Shown here: one piece after another, positions 41,334 to 53,267 of the stretch
Layout of the letters: the number at the start of each line of letters is the position of its first letter
How positions within the stretch are numbered: position 1 is the stretch's first letter
NCBI GenBank assembly: GCA_965277405.1
Contig: OZ255726.1
Location: 704,001-768,000, forward strand
Direction of reading: 5' to 3'
Length of the DNA stretch: 64,000 nucleotides
From: Gammaproteobacteria bacterium
Lineage (GTDB): Bacteria; Pseudomonadota; Gammaproteobacteria; G965277405
The notes under the pieces: model-generated
Database searches by the model: none
What the model saw: only the letters and a program-made list of their open reading frames with translations
Told to the model about the DNA's origin: nothing
Position numbers and translations under genes: made by a program

Positions 41334-42314
41334 ATGACTTCCTCACCTAAGAAAATAGCCGTCACAGGCGCCGCAGGTCAAATTAACTATTCCTTGCTGT
41401 TCCGATTAGCCTCGGGTTCATTGTTAGGACCAGACCAGCCAATACAGTTACAGTTGCTTGAAATACCGCAAGCGCTGGCAGCTGTTCAAGGCGTGATTAT
41501 GGAGCTTGAAGATTGCGCATTCCCACTGTTGCATACAATCAGCGTAACTGATGCAGCAGCAACAGCATTTGCTGACATTGACTATGCGTTTTTAGTAGGC
41601 GCAACACCGCGTGGTCCAGGCATGGAGCGCAATGATTTATTGCAAGCCAACGCAAAAATCTTTGTTGGTCAGGGGAAGGCATTAAACAGCACAGCAAAAT
41701 CAAGCGCCAAAATATTAGTAATAGGTAATCCTGCCAACACCAACGCTTTGATTGCACAACATCATGCGCCAAAATTAGACCCAGCAAATTTTTCGGCAAT
41801 GACGCGGCTTGATCATAATCGCACTTTGTCGCAGCTTGCAACTCAGCAAGGCTGTAACATAACTGAGGTTGTCAACCCAATTATTTGGGGCAATCACTCA
41901 TCAACACAGTTTCCTGATATTCACCACTGCACGATTCAAGGCAGGCCTGCATTAGAGAGCATTGATGAAAACTGGTATAGAAATACTATGGTGGGTGCTG
42001 TACAAACCAGAGGTGCAGCAGTGATAGCAGCTCGTGGTGCATCGAGTGCGGCATCGGCAGCTGCAGCGGCAATTGATCATATGCGCACGTGGGTGTTTGG
42101 CACGGATGAGCAGCAATGGACAAGCATGGCGGTCAAAGGAAACGGCGCGTATGGTGTTGATGATGATTTATTTTATTCGTATCCAGTACACTGTAGCAAT
42201 AGTCAATGGTCAATCGCCACTGGTTTAGCAATATCAGATTGGAGTAGAGCACAAATGAAAATATCTGAGCAAGAATTGATCGAAGAGCGCGATACTTTGC
42301 GTAACATACTATAG
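41334..42314 (+). CDS. mdh: Malate dehydrogenase
   Basis: [38 protein letters not shown]. Confidence 0.97.
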   Translation: MTSSPKKIAVTGAAGQINYSLLFRLASGSLLGPDQPIQLQLLEIPQALAAVQGVIMELEDCAFPLLHTISVTDAAATAFADIDYAFLVGATPRGPGMERNDLLQANAKIFVGQGKALNSTAKSSAKILVIGNPANTNALIAQHHAPKLDPANFSAMTRLDHNRTLSQLATQQGCNITEVVNPIIWGNHSSTQFPDIHHCTIQGRPALESIDENWYRNTMVGAVQTRGAAVIAARGASSAASAAAAAIDHMRTWVFGTDEQQWTSMAVKGNGAYGVDDDLFYSYPVHCSNSQWSIATGLAISDWSRAQMKISEQELIEERDTLRNIL

Positions 42315-42355
42315 AATATTTTGTTATTACCACTCATATTTGGGAGACGACATTC

Positions 42356-43780
42356 ATGAATAATTGGCAACAAGCAATTGTGCTTATAAGCACTATAGTT
42401 GTATCAAGCTTGAGTATTGCGCAGCAAGATAGCGTACGCGGTTCGCAAATAACATTGGGGCAATCCTACCATACAGCAACAACGTTTGGGCTAACAGGCA
42501 ACCCAGCAACCTCATTATCGCAACAAAAGTCATGGTTTCACGCTGATAGTGACACGGTGACAACAGACACATGGCGGTATGCGGGCAATATAACAAATTA
42601 TGGACTTGGTTATGAAGTACCCGATATAGTCAAAGCAAATGATAAACTTGATGATATCATCGAAAATATTGAGGGGAGTAAATCACTGAGCAGAGCACAA
42701 GTTGTTGTCAAAGCTGCAAATGATGCATACACTGAATTTAAAAATGAACATATCAACTTGTATGTTGACGGCGTATTGAGCCAAGGTTTAAGCAATGTAG
42801 GTCTACCGGTGTTGTCCTCTGCAATGGTATATCTACCTTTGTTACGCGGCACTGTTGGTCTGCAATGGGATTCAGTTAGCAGCGTTGATTTGAGTTTCAG
42901 TGGCTATGGCAAATTTGATACAAGTCCATTAAAATCTGACTCAGACTGTTATCGTCATGCAAAAAGTCAAGCATGTTTAGCTCAGATACAGGCCCTTGAT
43001 CTGGCGACAAGGCACGAATATTTCGGGGCAAGTTGTAATACAGGTAAAGAGCCAAGTTGCCACTTAACCGTTACCGTCGATTCATCAAATTATCAGGTGA
43101 TCCGCGCTGGAACGTTGTCACAACTTGCACTATCATATGGCAGATTTATCCACTATTTCGATCATAAATCTCAGTGGCTGGCTGGTAATGTATTTGTTGG
43201 GGGCAGGATAAAGTTATATACTGCCGACGTATTGGTTGTCAAGCATCAGCTAACCTCTGAGAATGCAACTGATAACGACGATCGTATCGAAAATGACTTA
43301 AAAGACGCTGTTAGCAAAAAATCAACTAGGGCGAGCCTTGATCTTGGTGTGCAGATGCAAACAACTACCTCAGTATATGGTTTGGTCATCGAAGACCTGC
43401 TCATCCCCAGGTTTGCATATACTGATGGCTCTACGGTCACCTTGAAACCAAAATTGATTGCCAGCGGCACGGTGTTTTTTAACGATAGCAAGAGCCTACA
43501 CGCAAATTTGCAATGGGACCTTAACAGCGGTAGAAATATAGCGAACAATCAAACCCAATGGACTGTAGTCGGGCTTGGCTATACTCCAGACAGCTATTTG
43601 ATTCCAGCAATACGCATCGGTAAACGCTGGCAGAATGCTGGCGACAATGCCTTAAGCTATAATGCCTTTGGCTTTACACTATTCAAAACAGTGAACTTTG
43701 ATGCGGCAATCAGTAACAAGTCAACTGGGGATTCGCCTCAAGGAATATTATTCAATCTAGGATTTTATCTCGATATTTAA
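42356..43780 (+). CDS. Secreted/outer-membrane beta-barrel protein, possibly TraF_2-like
   Basis: Signal peptide, early NPA motif, DLG, amphipathic strands, aromatic C-terminal strand. Confidence 0.55.
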   Translation: MNNWQQAIVLISTIVVSSLSIAQQDSVRGSQITLGQSYHTATTFGLTGNPATSLSQQKSWFHADSDTVTTDTWRYAGNITNYGLGYEVPDIVKANDKLDDIIENIEGSKSLSRAQVVVKAANDAYTEFKNEHINLYVDGVLSQGLSNVGLPVLSSAMVYLPLLRGTVGLQWDSVSSVDLSFSGYGKFDTSPLKSDSDCYRHAKSQACLAQIQALDLATRHEYFGASCNTGKEPSCHLTVTVDSSNYQVIRAGTLSQLALSYGRFIHYFDHKSQWLAGNVFVGGRIKLYTADVLVVKHQLTSENATDNDDRIENDLKDAVSKKSTRASLDLGVQMQTTTSVYGLVIEDLLIPRFAYTDGSTVTLKPKLIASGTVFFNDSKSLHANLQWDLNSGRNIANNQTQWTVVGLGYTPDSYLIPAIRIGKRWQNAGDNALSYNAFGFTLFKTVNFDAAISNKSTGDSPQGILFNLGFYLDI

Positions 43781-43908
43781 TTGCGATACTTCACATTACA
43801 ATAATTTCACAAATGTATGGACTCCATCGAGAAACATGCATAAACAGCACCCAAAATTACCCTATTACAACTTATGCAGAACTTCTATAAATAAATGAAA
43901 TTATATGC

Positions 43909-43937
43909 TTGTCCTTCTTTGGTGGTTTTGCTATAAC
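43909..43937 (+). promoter_or_regulatory. Sigma70 promoter of rpmBG
   Basis: TTGTCC-17 nt-TATAAC with TGn extension. Confidence 0.6.
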
Positions 43938-43967
43938 CCGCAACGCTTATAAATATTTAAAAAAATT

Positions 43968-44192
43968 ATGTCAAAAGTTTGCCAAGTAACAGGAAAGTCA
44001 CCACAAGTCGGGAATAATGTGTCACATGCCAATAACAAGACTAAGCGTAGGTTTATGCCTAATTTACGCTATAAGCGCTGTTGGGTGGCATCAGAAAATA
44101 GGTTTATTCGCCTGCGCGTTTCATCAAAAGGGCTGCGTATTATTGATAAGAAAGGAATCGACGCGGTATTGCTAGCAATACGCGCCAAATAG
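43968..44192 (+). CDS. rpmB: 50S ribosomal protein L28
   Basis: [24 protein letters not shown]. Confidence 0.98.
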   Translation: MSKVCQVTGKSPQVGNNVSHANNKTKRRFMPNLRYKRCWVASENRFIRLRVSSKGLRIIDKKGIDAVLLAIRAK

Positions 44193-44200
44193 GGAAATAC

Positions 44201-44356
44201 ATGAGAGATAAAATAAAAATGGTTTCGTCAGCTAAAACAGGACACTATTATACAACAGACAAAAACAAAAAAAACTCAACAGAAAAGCTCACCATGAAAA
44301 AATATGACCCAGTTGTCCGCCAACATGTCGAATACAAAGAAGCAAAGATTAAGTAG
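44201..44356 (+). CDS. rpmG: 50S ribosomal protein L33 (51 aa, not in ORF track)
   Basis: [23 protein letters not shown]...[19 protein letters not shown]. Confidence 0.97.
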   Translation: MRDKIKMVSSAKTGHYYTTDKNKKNSTEKLTMKKYDPVVRQHVEYKEAKIK

Positions 44357-44375
44357 TTTAATTATTGTTGTTACT

Positions 44376-44404
44376 AGGGGAGCCTATATTGGCTCCCTTT
44401 TTTT
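44376..44404 (+). terminator. Intrinsic terminator of rpmBG
   Basis: GGGAGCC-TATATT-GGCTCCC followed by a T run. Confidence 0.85.
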
Positions 44405-44429
44405 GTCCAAAATTCAAATGAGGTATTGA

Positions 44430-45575
44430 ATGACACAAGCTGTTGTATTGTTGCGCGATGGGCTAACCATTGTAGGTAGGCATTGCGGCGCAGACATTGC
44501 TACTGTGGGTGAAGTTGTATTCAATACAAGTATGACAGGGTATCAAGAAATTGTCACGGATCCATCGTATAGCCAGCAAATCATTACGTTTACAACAGCA
44601 CACATTGGTAATACAGGGGTAAATACAGAAGATACCGAGTCAAATACAGTCCATGCTCGAGGGGTTATTATCCGCGACTTAAGCCAGCAATACAGTAATT
44701 GGCGCGGTCAAATGACATTCGCTGCGTATTTACAACAACATCAAATTACAGGTATTTACGCTATAGATACTAGAATGTTGGTTCGCCATCTCCGTGAGCA
44801 CGGTAGTCAAGATGGTGCAATCGTGCCAGTAGCGACGACGGTGGCGACGGCACTTGGCGTTGCTAAGCAGTTATTAGCAGGTTTTGCTGGCATAGAGCAC
44901 GCTGATTTGGCAACTACGGTAACAACAACACAAAAATACATTCATACGCAACATGTTTGGGCATTCAATAGCCCGATGCAAACTCAAGTAACTGGTAGCA
45001 AAACCATTGCAGTCATCGATTATGGGGTGAAGACAAATATTCTGCGGTTGATCCGTTCAGCAGGGGTCAAGGTTATTGTATTACCAGCAACAACCACAGC
45101 AGAACAAATATCAGCGGTGAAGGCTGATGGAGTGGTGTTGACAAACGGTCCTGGTGATCCGCATGCAATTAGCTATACAGTCAAACAAGTGCGTAGCGTT
45201 CTAGCCCTTAATATCCCAGTTTTAGGTATTTGCTTGGGCTGCCAAATTCTGGCTCTTGCCCTTGGGGCAACTACGAAAAAGATGAAGTTTGGCCATCATG
45301 GGGCTAACCATCCAATTATCGATGTGGAAACAAAGGCCGTGAGCATAACCAGCCAGAATCATGGGTTTTATATTGACGAAGTCACCCTGCCAAACACTAT
45401 ACACGTTACCCATCGCTCGCTATTTGACGGATCTATTCAAGGGATACGCGCCAAACAAGGGAATGTGATTGGCTTGCAAGGGCACCCTGAAGCCAGCCCA
45501 GGACCCAAAGACATCCAGCACATCTTCGCAAGTTTTATTGATGCAATACCAACTCCCCATGCCGCAGCGAACTGA
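44430..45575 (+). CDS. carA: Carbamoyl-phosphate synthase small chain
   Basis: [36 protein letters not shown]. Confidence 0.98.
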   Translation: MTQAVVLLRDGLTIVGRHCGADIATVGEVVFNTSMTGYQEIVTDPSYSQQIITFTTAHIGNTGVNTEDTESNTVHARGVIIRDLSQQYSNWRGQMTFAAYLQQHQITGIYAIDTRMLVRHLREHGSQDGAIVPVATTVATALGVAKQLLAGFAGIEHADLATTVTTTQKYIHTQHVWAFNSPMQTQVTGSKTIAVIDYGVKTNILRLIRSAGVKVIVLPATTTAEQISAVKADGVVLTNGPGDPHAISYTVKQVRSVLALNIPVLGICLGCQILALALGATTKKMKFGHHGANHPIIDVETKAVSITSQNHGFYIDEVTLPNTIHVTHRSLFDGSIQGIRAKQGNVIGLQGHPEASPGPKDIQHIFASFIDAIPTPHAAAN

Positions 45576-48500
45576 TATACAGACCGTCCTTATTCTAGGT
45601 GCAGGCCCAATCATCATTGGCCAAGGCTGCGAGTTTGACTATTCAGGGACTCAAGCATGCCGAGCGCTGCAGGAGCTTGGGTATCGGGTGGTATTGATAA
45701 ACTCAAATCCAGCAACAGTGATGACCGATCCGGCAATTGCAGATGCAACCTATGTTGAGCCGTTAACATGGCAAACTGTTGAACGGGTGATACAACGAGA
45801 GAAACCTGATGCAATATTACCGACAATGGGTGGACAAACTGCACTCAATATTGCATTACAGCTGCATGAAAAGCGCGTCCTTGAACAACATAATGTCCAA
45901 CTGATTGGTGCGCAACCAGAGGCCATTGAAAAAGCTGAGAATAGACAATTGTTTAGTGAGGCGATGCAGGAAATTGGTCTGCAGACCCCAAACTCTGGGA
46001 TTGCCACCACGATGGCGCAATGCTATGAATTACTTGAACGTTTTGGTACACCGTGTGTCATTCGCCCATCATTTACACTTGGTGGTAGTGGCGGCGGCAT
46101 TGCGTATAACGTTGAAGATTTTGACAAAATTTGCCATGGTGGGTTAGAGCTTTCGCCAATCCAGCAATTGCAAATTGACGAGTCGCTGTTGGGTTGGAAA
46201 GAGTTTGAGATGGAAGTCATTCGTGATAGCAATGACAACGCAATTGTTATTTGTTCGATTGAGAATTTCGACCCGATGGGGGTGCATACAGGCGATTCTA
46301 TTACTGTCGCACCCGCACAAACTCTCACCGATAAAGAATTGCAAATAATGCGTGATGCGGCGCTGGCGATCATTCGAAAAATAGGTGTTGAAACCGGCGG
46401 CTCAAATGTCCAATTCGCCATACATCCACAAACAGGCGTTATGGTGGTAATTGAAATGAACCCGCGCGTTTCTCGCTCATCAGCACTTGCCTCCAAAGCA
46501 ACTGGCTACCCAATTGCAAAAGTTGCTGCGCAGCTTGCGGTTGGATTGACGTTGGAGGAAATTGATAATGCGATTACCTCTGGGCGAATACCTGCTTCGT
46601 TTGAGCCAACGCTTGACTATGTTGTTACTAAGATTCCACGGTTTGCATTTGAAAAATTTCCACATTCAAGTGGCATTCTTTCTACGCATATGCAATCCGT
46701 CGGCGAAGTGATGGCGATTGGTAGTACGTTTGCAGAGTCTTTACAAAAAGCGTTGCGTTCGTTAGAAAATGGCAAACTTGGACTGTTGCCAATCGGTGAC
46801 GGCATTGCTGAAAATGGCGCAGTGGCTGATGATGTAGATAGAAAAAAAATCATCACAGCGCTTGCTGTACCAACCGAACATCGTATTCGCTATATTGGTG
46901 ACGCTTTACGGATTGGATTGAGTGTCAAAGAAATATACAAAGAGTCCCATGTAGATCCATGGTTTTTGTACGCGCTACAACACATTATCAATTTGGAAAC
47001 CCAGCTGCGAACGGCAAAAAAAATCGACATGCAGTTATTACTAGAGGCAAAAAAACTAGGTTTTGCTGACCAGCGTATTGCTGCAATACGCAACATGGAA
47101 GAGCAGCAAGTGCGCAGTTTGCGGCAGCAGTTTGCACTCCACCCTGTATATAAACGCATCGACACATGCGCTGGAGAGTTTGACGTTGACACGGCATATA
47201 TGTATTCAACCTATCAGCAACAATGTGAGGCACGGCCAAGCGATGTAAAAAAAATTATCGTACTTGGAGGTGGTCCGAACCGCATTGGTCAAGGTTTGGA
47301 ATTTGATTATTGCTGTGTTCACGCTGCGTTGACATTGCGCGAATGCGGCTATCAAACCATTATGGTGAACTGCAACCCAGAGACTGTTTCTACTGACTTT
47401 GATATTTCAGATAGATTGTATTTTGACCCAGTGACTTTAGAAGATGTGTTGGAAATCATTCGTATTGAGCAGCCAACAGGGGTGATTGTGCAATTTGGCG
47501 GGCAGACACCGTTAAATATTGCGCAAGCTCTTGAGGCGGCTGGCGTGCCAATTTTGGGGGTACAGCCCCGCGATATTGCTTTGGCTGAGGATCGCGAAGC
47601 CTTTCAAAACATTATTCAAGAATTGCAATTACTGCAGCCTATAAATGCCATTGCCCGTACAGTGGAGCAAGCACAACAGCGTGCCGATGCCATTGGATAT
47701 CCGTTGGTGGTGCGACCATCTTTTGTCCTAGGTGGCCGGGCGATGGAAGTGGTGTATAACGCCGCTGACCTTGCGCATTACATGCATACTGCAGTGCAAG
47801 TCACGCCAGGTTCTCCAATTTTACTCGATAAGTTTTTACACAATGCCATTGAAGTCGACGTCGACGCCATTAGTGACGGTGTCGCCGTGACTGTTTGCGC
47901 GGTAATGGAACACATCGAGCCTGCGGGGGTGCATTCTGGTGATTCATCGTGCAGTATACCTGTGCGTACGTTGTCAGCCGCAACAGTTGCATCAATCGTC
48001 GCACAAACATCCAAACTAGCACTGCGTTTGCATATTGTTGGTGTGCTGAATATTCAGTTTGCAGTACAAGGTGACGACGTGTATGTGCTCGAGGTAAACC
48101 CACGAGCATCACGAACAATCCCATATGTTTCTAAGGCGACTGGGGTGTCTGTAATTAACATCGCTACCCGCGTAATGCTGGGTAGCACATTGCAACAACT
48201 TAATTTTATCGAAACGCCCAAACCACTACTGTGGTTTGTGAAAGAAGTTACGTTACCATTTCGTAAATTTTACAATGTTGATCCAGTACTTGGACCAGAA
48301 ATGCGTTCAACGGGGGAGGTCATGGGAGTCGGCAGTACATATGCCGAAGCCTTTGGCAAGGCATTGCTTGCAGTTTCACCAGATACACAACGGATATTTA
48401 AGCAAAGCCCTGGAGTACTATTGAGTGTTCGCAATGCCGACAAAGCAGCAGGGATGGCAGTAGCAAAAGAGCTGATTGCGCTTGGCTGCGTAATGTATGC

Positions 48501-48807
48501 CACTAGAGGGACGCAGGAATATTTACAACGACATGATGTAGCTGTTGAATTAGTACATAAAATATTTGAAGGCACGCGGCCTAACACACTAGATGCGATT
48601 AAAAATAGAGACGTGTGGTTATTGATAAATACAACATCAGACCGGGCTTCCTTGTTAGACTCTGAAAATCTACGCAAAGCAGCGCTGCGGCATAATATTC
48701 AAATAGCTACTACGATTGAAGGAGCGCGCGCCATTGCGTCCGCGTTGGCTAATATTGAACAAGGAGCCGTGCGTAGTTTGCAAGAGATTCATCGTGGCGC
48801 GTTGTAG
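45559..48807 (+). CDS. carB: Carbamoyl-phosphate synthase large chain
   Basis: Start MPQRTDI (45559), [38 protein letters not shown]. Confidence 0.99.
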   Translation: MPQRTDIQTVLILGAGPIIIGQGCEFDYSGTQACRALQELGYRVVLINSNPATVMTDPAIADATYVEPLTWQTVERVIQREKPDAILPTMGGQTALNIALQLHEKRVLEQHNVQLIGAQPEAIEKAENRQLFSEAMQEIGLQTPNSGIATTMAQCYELLERFGTPCVIRPSFTLGGSGGGIAYNVEDFDKICHGGLELSPIQQLQIDESLLGWKEFEMEVIRDSNDNAIVICSIENFDPMGVHTGDSITVAPAQTLTDKELQIMRDAALAIIRKIGVETGGSNVQFAIHPQTGVMVVIEMNPRVSRSSALASKATGYPIAKVAAQLAVGLTLEEIDNAITSGRIPASFEPTLDYVVTKIPRFAFEKFPHSSGILSTHMQSVGEVMAIGSTFAESLQKALRSLENGKLGLLPIGDGIAENGAVADDVDRKKIITALAVPTEHRIRYIGDALRIGLSVKEIYKESHVDPWFLYALQHIINLETQLRTAKKIDMQLLLEAKKLGFADQRIAAIRNMEEQQVRSLRQQFALHPVYKRIDTCAGEFDVDTAYMYSTYQQQCEARPSDVKKIIVLGGGPNRIGQGLEFDYCCVHAALTLRECGYQTIMVNCNPETVSTDFDISDRLYFDPVTLEDVLEIIRIEQPTGVIVQFGGQTPLNIAQALEAAGVPILGVQPRDIALAEDREAFQNIIQELQLLQPINAIARTVEQAQQRADAIGYPLVVRPSFVLGGRAMEVVYNAADLAHYMHTAVQVTPGSPILLDKFLHNAIEVDVDAISDGVAVTVCAVMEHIEPAGVHSGDSSCSIPVRTLSAATVASIVAQTSKLALRLHIVGVLNIQFAVQGDDVYVLEVNPRASRTIPYVSKATGVSVINIATRVMLGSTLQQLNFIETPKPLLWFVKEVTLPFRKFYNVDPVLGPEMRSTGEVMGVGSTYAEAFGKALLAVSPDTQRIFKQSPGVLLSVRNADKAAGMAVAKELIALGCVMYATRGTQEYLQRHDVAVELVHKIFEGTRPNTLDAIKNRDVWLLINTTSDRASLLDSENLRKAALRHNIQIATTIEGARAIASALANIEQGAVRSLQEIHRGAL

Positions 48808-49865
48808 TGATACTTGCTCGATATATCTTGCGCGAAGTGCTATCGAGCATCATCGTTGTATTTTTGGTGCTGTTTTGCATTACCCTTGCAACCCAACTCA
48901 ATGTTTTATTACGGTGGAACTTAGACCAGCCAGCGTACGCAAAATATATATTGCCAATTTTACTCCACAGCGTGCCGCATTACCTCAGCGTGGTTGTGCC
49001 GATAGCATTTTATTTTGGCTGTGTTTTTGCGCTTGGGCGGCTGCATAGCAACTATGAAATAATCACGATGTATTCATGCGGAATGTCGCAAAAAACATTC
49101 CATGGAGCATTATTGTTGTTAACGATGGCATTTACCGCAATAGCGGTGTATATCAATATGTATGCTGCACCAGCAAATGCTCGGCAATTAAATGCCATCG
49201 TGCAAGTCCAACGGCAACATGATTTATTTGATGTCTTAACGAGTGAAAATTTCTATACAGTTACGGGAGCACAACCAGCAACAATATACATTGAGAAAAA
49301 GGACAAAAACTCATTTAGCAATGTATATATCGCTCAACTTGGTATAGCAACACAACAGGATACATTTACGTTTGCACAACACGGCAGTGTGAATACAAAA
49401 AAAGGACAACGATATTTTGATTTGCATGCTGGGTATCAGGTGCGCACGAATAATAATACCCAGACAAGCGCAACAACAACGTTTGATGTAATGAGTTTAA
49501 AACTACCTAATCATCAGCAGCTAGCCAATGTTGAAAAAAAAGAAATGCTCAGCAACACCGCGTTATTGCGTTCAGAAAAACATGAATACCGTGAACACTG
49601 GTATTGGCGTGTTGCGTTGGTTTTAACAATTCCTACATTATATTTATTAAGTATATTGATAGGAAAAGTTGCGCCAAGGCAGGGGAGTTTTCGCAACTCA
49701 TTACCGGCATTTATTATATTAGTCGGTTATTTTGCTGCACTTATTGGCGCATCGCAACTGGCTAAACAGCCACAGAATCCTGCATTTCTCTCGATTATTG
49801 CTGCTCCATTAACCGTCATTATCGTATACGTCGGCGTTTATACTAGGCTGAGATTATCGCGATGA
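48807..49865 (+). CDS. lptF: LPS export permease LptF
   Basis: ILARYILRE, LGRLHSNYEI..M.SCG, PRQG; paired with lptG. Confidence 0.85.
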   Translation: MILARYILREVLSSIIVVFLVLFCITLATQLNVLLRWNLDQPAYAKYILPILLHSVPHYLSVVVPIAFYFGCVFALGRLHSNYEIITMYSCGMSQKTFHGALLLLTMAFTAIAVYINMYAAPANARQLNAIVQVQRQHDLFDVLTSENFYTVTGAQPATIYIEKKDKNSFSNVYIAQLGIATQQDTFTFAQHGSVNTKKGQRYFDLHAGYQVRTNNNTQTSATTTFDVMSLKLPNHQQLANVEKKEMLSNTALLRSEKHEYREHWYWRVALVLTIPTLYLLSILIGKVAPRQGSFRNSLPAFIILVGYFAALIGASQLAKQPQNPAFLSIIAAPLTVIIVYVGVYTRLRLSR

Positions 49866-50938
49866 TGTTGTTAGAACGATATATTGCGACGCGCGGATTA
49901 CAAGCATCACTCAATATTTGGTTAGGGTTGACGACGTTATTGGCTGTTTTTGGTTGTATTGATGAGCTTGATGAGTTAAAGCAAGCATACGATGGCATTC
50001 ATATGTTGCTGTATATTGGACAAAAATTGCCAATCCTGGCATTTAATATTTTCCCAACGGCCTGCTTGATTGGCACAATGATTGCAGTTGGCGCCATGAT
50101 GGCACAATCCGAATTTGCAATAATACGTTGTAATGGAATCGGTCTTTGCAGCATCGTCATCTGGTCAATATTGCCGTTAGTGCTCGTAGCTGGTGTATTG
50201 GTCGTGTTATATGACAGCTACTTTATTGGCTGGCATCAACAAGCCGAAACCACTCGAGATAAATTGCGCAAGAATATTCCAGCACCTGATTATGCAAGTA
50301 TTAGTAAAACAACATGGCTTAAAGAGAACAACGCGATTATATCGGTAGGCTCAGTAGCTAGTAATGGCACAGTGCGCAATATACACGTTTGGTATCTTGA
50401 CCCAGCAACTCAAAACCTTACCAAGTTTGTGACGGCAGAGCGCGGCACATTAGCAAATGGAGAAATTATACTTGACCATGGTAGGGAAGTTAGTCTGAGC
50501 TCACACTCAATGCGCTGGGCTAAGATTAACAAAATACCGCTAACAACAGACCAGCAGACAATGCAATGGCTGAGTGTGCGCACACCTGAGTATTTAACAA
50601 TGCAAAATCTCTATCGAATAACTGAATATCTCAATACGCAACAACTCAACAGTAATACATTTGGCTATGCATTGTGGCAAAGAGCATTGTTTCCTATTTC
50701 GATTGTGGTGCTGGTAGTGTTTGCTGTCGGCTTGGTTGCTGGTCCACTGCGCGGCACACCAGTGTCGACACGGATATTTGTTAGCGTATTAGTAGGAATA
50801 TTAATTCAGTTTGTGCTCCAGCTCCTCGGATCGATTAGCGTTGTTTTTAGTTTTGACCCGTTATTGTTTGTATCTGTTCCTATGGCTGTGATATTTGCTG
50901 TTGGCTGTTGGTTTTTTATGCGACACAATACGGGGTAA
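49862..50938 (+). CDS. lptG: LPS export permease LptG
   Basis: LLERYI, P.ACLIG, SEFAIIR..G, PEYLT, GPLR. Confidence 0.87.
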   Translation: MMLLERYIATRGLQASLNIWLGLTTLLAVFGCIDELDELKQAYDGIHMLLYIGQKLPILAFNIFPTACLIGTMIAVGAMMAQSEFAIIRCNGIGLCSIVIWSILPLVLVAGVLVVLYDSYFIGWHQQAETTRDKLRKNIPAPDYASISKTTWLKENNAIISVGSVASNGTVRNIHVWYLDPATQNLTKFVTAERGTLANGEIILDHGREVSLSSHSMRWAKINKIPLTTDQQTMQWLSVRTPEYLTMQNLYRITEYLNTQQLNSNTFGYALWQRALFPISIVVLVVFAVGLVAGPLRGTPVSTRIFVSVLVGILIQFVLQLLGSISVVFSFDPLLFVSVPMAVIFAVGCWFFMRHNTG

Positions 50939-50947
50939 ATGCACATT

Positions 50948-51346
50948 TTAAGTCTCCATTACTTGTTGCAACCTCCCAAGTAACGCAATGTTGGCAGGAA
51001 GCAACGACCATGCCGATAGGTTTGTGGTATGCACCCAAGCAAGTTCTTGACCTTCCATTCCGTGTGGCTGACCATCCCACGCGGTAACAATAAAAAATTC
51101 CCTCGCTATATCTCCGTGCAGATACGCAGCACTGCTGCGGGAAAAAAAACTGGATAGGGAAATACTAATCCCGAGTTCTTCGTGTAATTCTCGATGCAAC
51201 GCCTGCTGGTAACTTTCATCGGCTTCACATTTTCCACCAGGAAACTCCCATAGCCCTGCAAGTAGCGTTTCCTTGCGGCGCCTGCCGAGCAGCACGCAGT
51301 TATTATCAACTATAATGCCTATCGCAACACGCAGGTTTACCATCAA
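50948..51346 (-). CDS. mutT: 8-oxo-dGTP diphosphatase (Nudix)
   Basis: WEFPGGKCE..ESYQQALHRELHEELG, GMEGQ. Confidence 0.88.
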   Translation of the reverse strand: MMVNLRVAIGIIVDNNCVLLGRRRKETLLAGLWEFPGGKCEADESYQQALHRELHEELGISISLSSFFSRSSAAYLHGDIAREFFIVTAWDGQPHGMEGQELAWVHTTNLSAWSLLPANIALLGRLQQVMET

Positions 51347-51350
51347 TAAC

Positions 51351-51818
51351 TCACAGGTTATTTGATGGTGACTTGTGTTTAGTGATTGCGTCTATGGTGT
51401 TTTTAAACTCGCTCACGTCATTGTAATCAAGATACACAGAAGAAAAGCGCACATAAGCAACTTCATCAAGTTCAAGGAGGGCGTCCATCACATATTGTCC
51501 AATCAGCTTAGTGGTAATTTCATCACCACGAAAATCATGGATGCGGGTTATAATTTGATTGATGCAAATATCAATCTTTTCATTACTAATACGATTGCAT
51601 GCGCGGTTGAGACCCGTACGAATTTTATCTTGGTCGAAACTTTCTTTGCGACCAGAGTTTTTTAGCACGCGTGGCATAATCAACTCAAACCGCTCGTATG
51701 TAGTAAACCGTTTGTTACAAACATCACAGCCACGCCTGCGACGCACACTACTGTTATCTGGACTCAAACGGCTGTCAATAACGCGAGTATCAGCTGCGGC
51801 ACAATAAATACACTTCAT
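51351..51818 (-). CDS. nrdR: Transcriptional repressor NrdR
   Basis: CxxC..TRVIDSR..VRRRRGC..C..RFTTYE, ATP cone, VAYVRFSSVY. Confidence 0.97.
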   Translation of the reverse strand: MKCIYCAAADTRVIDSRLSPDNSSVRRRRGCDVCNKRFTTYERFELIMPRVLKNSGRKESFDQDKIRTGLNRACNRISNEKIDICINQIITRIHDFRGDEITTKLIGQYVMDALLELDEVAYVRFSSVYLDYNDVSEFKNTIDAITKHKSPSNNL

Positions 51819-51824
51819 AGTTAT

Positions 51825-52064
51825 GGAACCTCTGATTAAGTCGCTGACGGAGCGAGTTTGATGGCAATTGCTGATGATTGCAAGGCGCTAAGCGCATGAC
51901 CTAGCTATACGCCAAGAGATGCAACACAGCAAGTACCGCTGCCGCAAACCATCATATATTCAACACAACGACGGGAAAAAAGCTGCACTGTGTCGATGCA
52001 GCACTTGGCAATACCCACACAATACCCACAAGACCCACCAATGTTATCTGCGCACTGCGCTTAA
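51825..52064. mobile_element. IS5-type MITE lacking its right end, interrupted at TTAA by another IS
   Basis: GGAACCTCTGATTAAG at 51825; homologous to the other copies up to CGCACTGCGCTTAA, then switches to an IS end CAGGCTGTTAAAAA. Confidence 0.85.
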
Positions 52065-53104
52065 CAGGCTGTTAAAAATTTATCATATAAATAAGCCTCA
52101 AGACTGCCAAAATTGATTTTTTAGCGCACATCAGCATGATACAACACCAAGATTGCGCACGCGTACCAAGTTATACGCGGCCATGGTGAATACAAATTGA
52201 TGGTTCACTTTGCTATTACCACATACTTTCCTTTGTGAAGTCCGCCAATAGTCTTAGCCCAGCCAAAGACTTCTTGTATGCGTTTGCGTACTTTTTGGCT
52301 GGTTTGCTACCCGGGGTGTCTCGTCGTTCGTTGATCTATTGATGAACTTCGTTTTGCTGTGTTTTGCGCAACGTGGGGCGTCACGCTCAATTCACGGCAT
52401 TGCTTGGCATTGCTTGGCATTGCTTGACAAGGCCTTTGGTGTCGTATTTCTTGTCCGCTGCCAATGTCACTTGGCGATTTCCTGGAATATTGGCAAGCAT
52501 TTCTATCGCAGCATCGGTTGCAGCGGTGCCGCTGAACTGTTTGCTATGTGCGTCTACCACCAAACCATTGCGGTTCTCAATCATAGTATTGCCCACGTAA
52601 CACGGTATTGCCGCTTGGGCTTGGCTTTTCTTGACAAAGCGCGCTTCGGGATCTGTGGTAGATTGGTGGGTAGCGCGGTGGCGTTTCTTGCCTTTAACAT
52701 CAATCCGTTTGTTGCTGCTGCCATAATTGTGGTCATCGTCGTCTTTCATGTGGAAGCTTTTCACTGATGCCAGCGCATGAAGCAATGTTCCATCCACACT
52801 GAAATGTTCGTCTGCAAGAAGGCCTGCTGTTTCAGCCTGTTGTTTGATGCGAATGAAAAACTCAACAGCAGTATTTCCCGCAAGAAGACGATCGCGGTTT
52901 TTGGTGACGGTTGAGTGATTCCAAATACCATCATCCATACAAAAACCGACAAACCAACGGAACATCAGGTTATAGCCAATTTGCTCCATCAACGCACGTT
53001 CGCTGCGGATCGTGAAAAGCGCCATCAACAACTGGGCACGCAATAATTTCTCTGGTGGTATACCTGCTCGTCAGCTTGGGGCATACAAAGTATTGAAGTG
53101 GCCG
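52065..53104 (-). pseudogene. Degraded IS5/IS1182-like (DUF772-type) transposase, 5' truncated
   Basis: IPPEKLLRAQ, RSERALMEQI.YNLMFRWFVG, FSVDGTL, STTDPEAR, ADKKYD, RKRIQEVFGW, AAYNLVR; stops and frameshifts. Confidence 0.85.
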
Positions 53105-53267
53105 TTCATCTCCTACAACGCCACATCGACCATTTTCTTGATATGGAGAATTGGCTGATTTTGGGGTACTGCGCTTGCAGGCGACAGGGTGCTGAACATT
53201 CTAGCTTGGGTGAAATCAGTTCCTCGTATCGAATTATCTCAGGAAAATAAACATTATACCTTATTAA

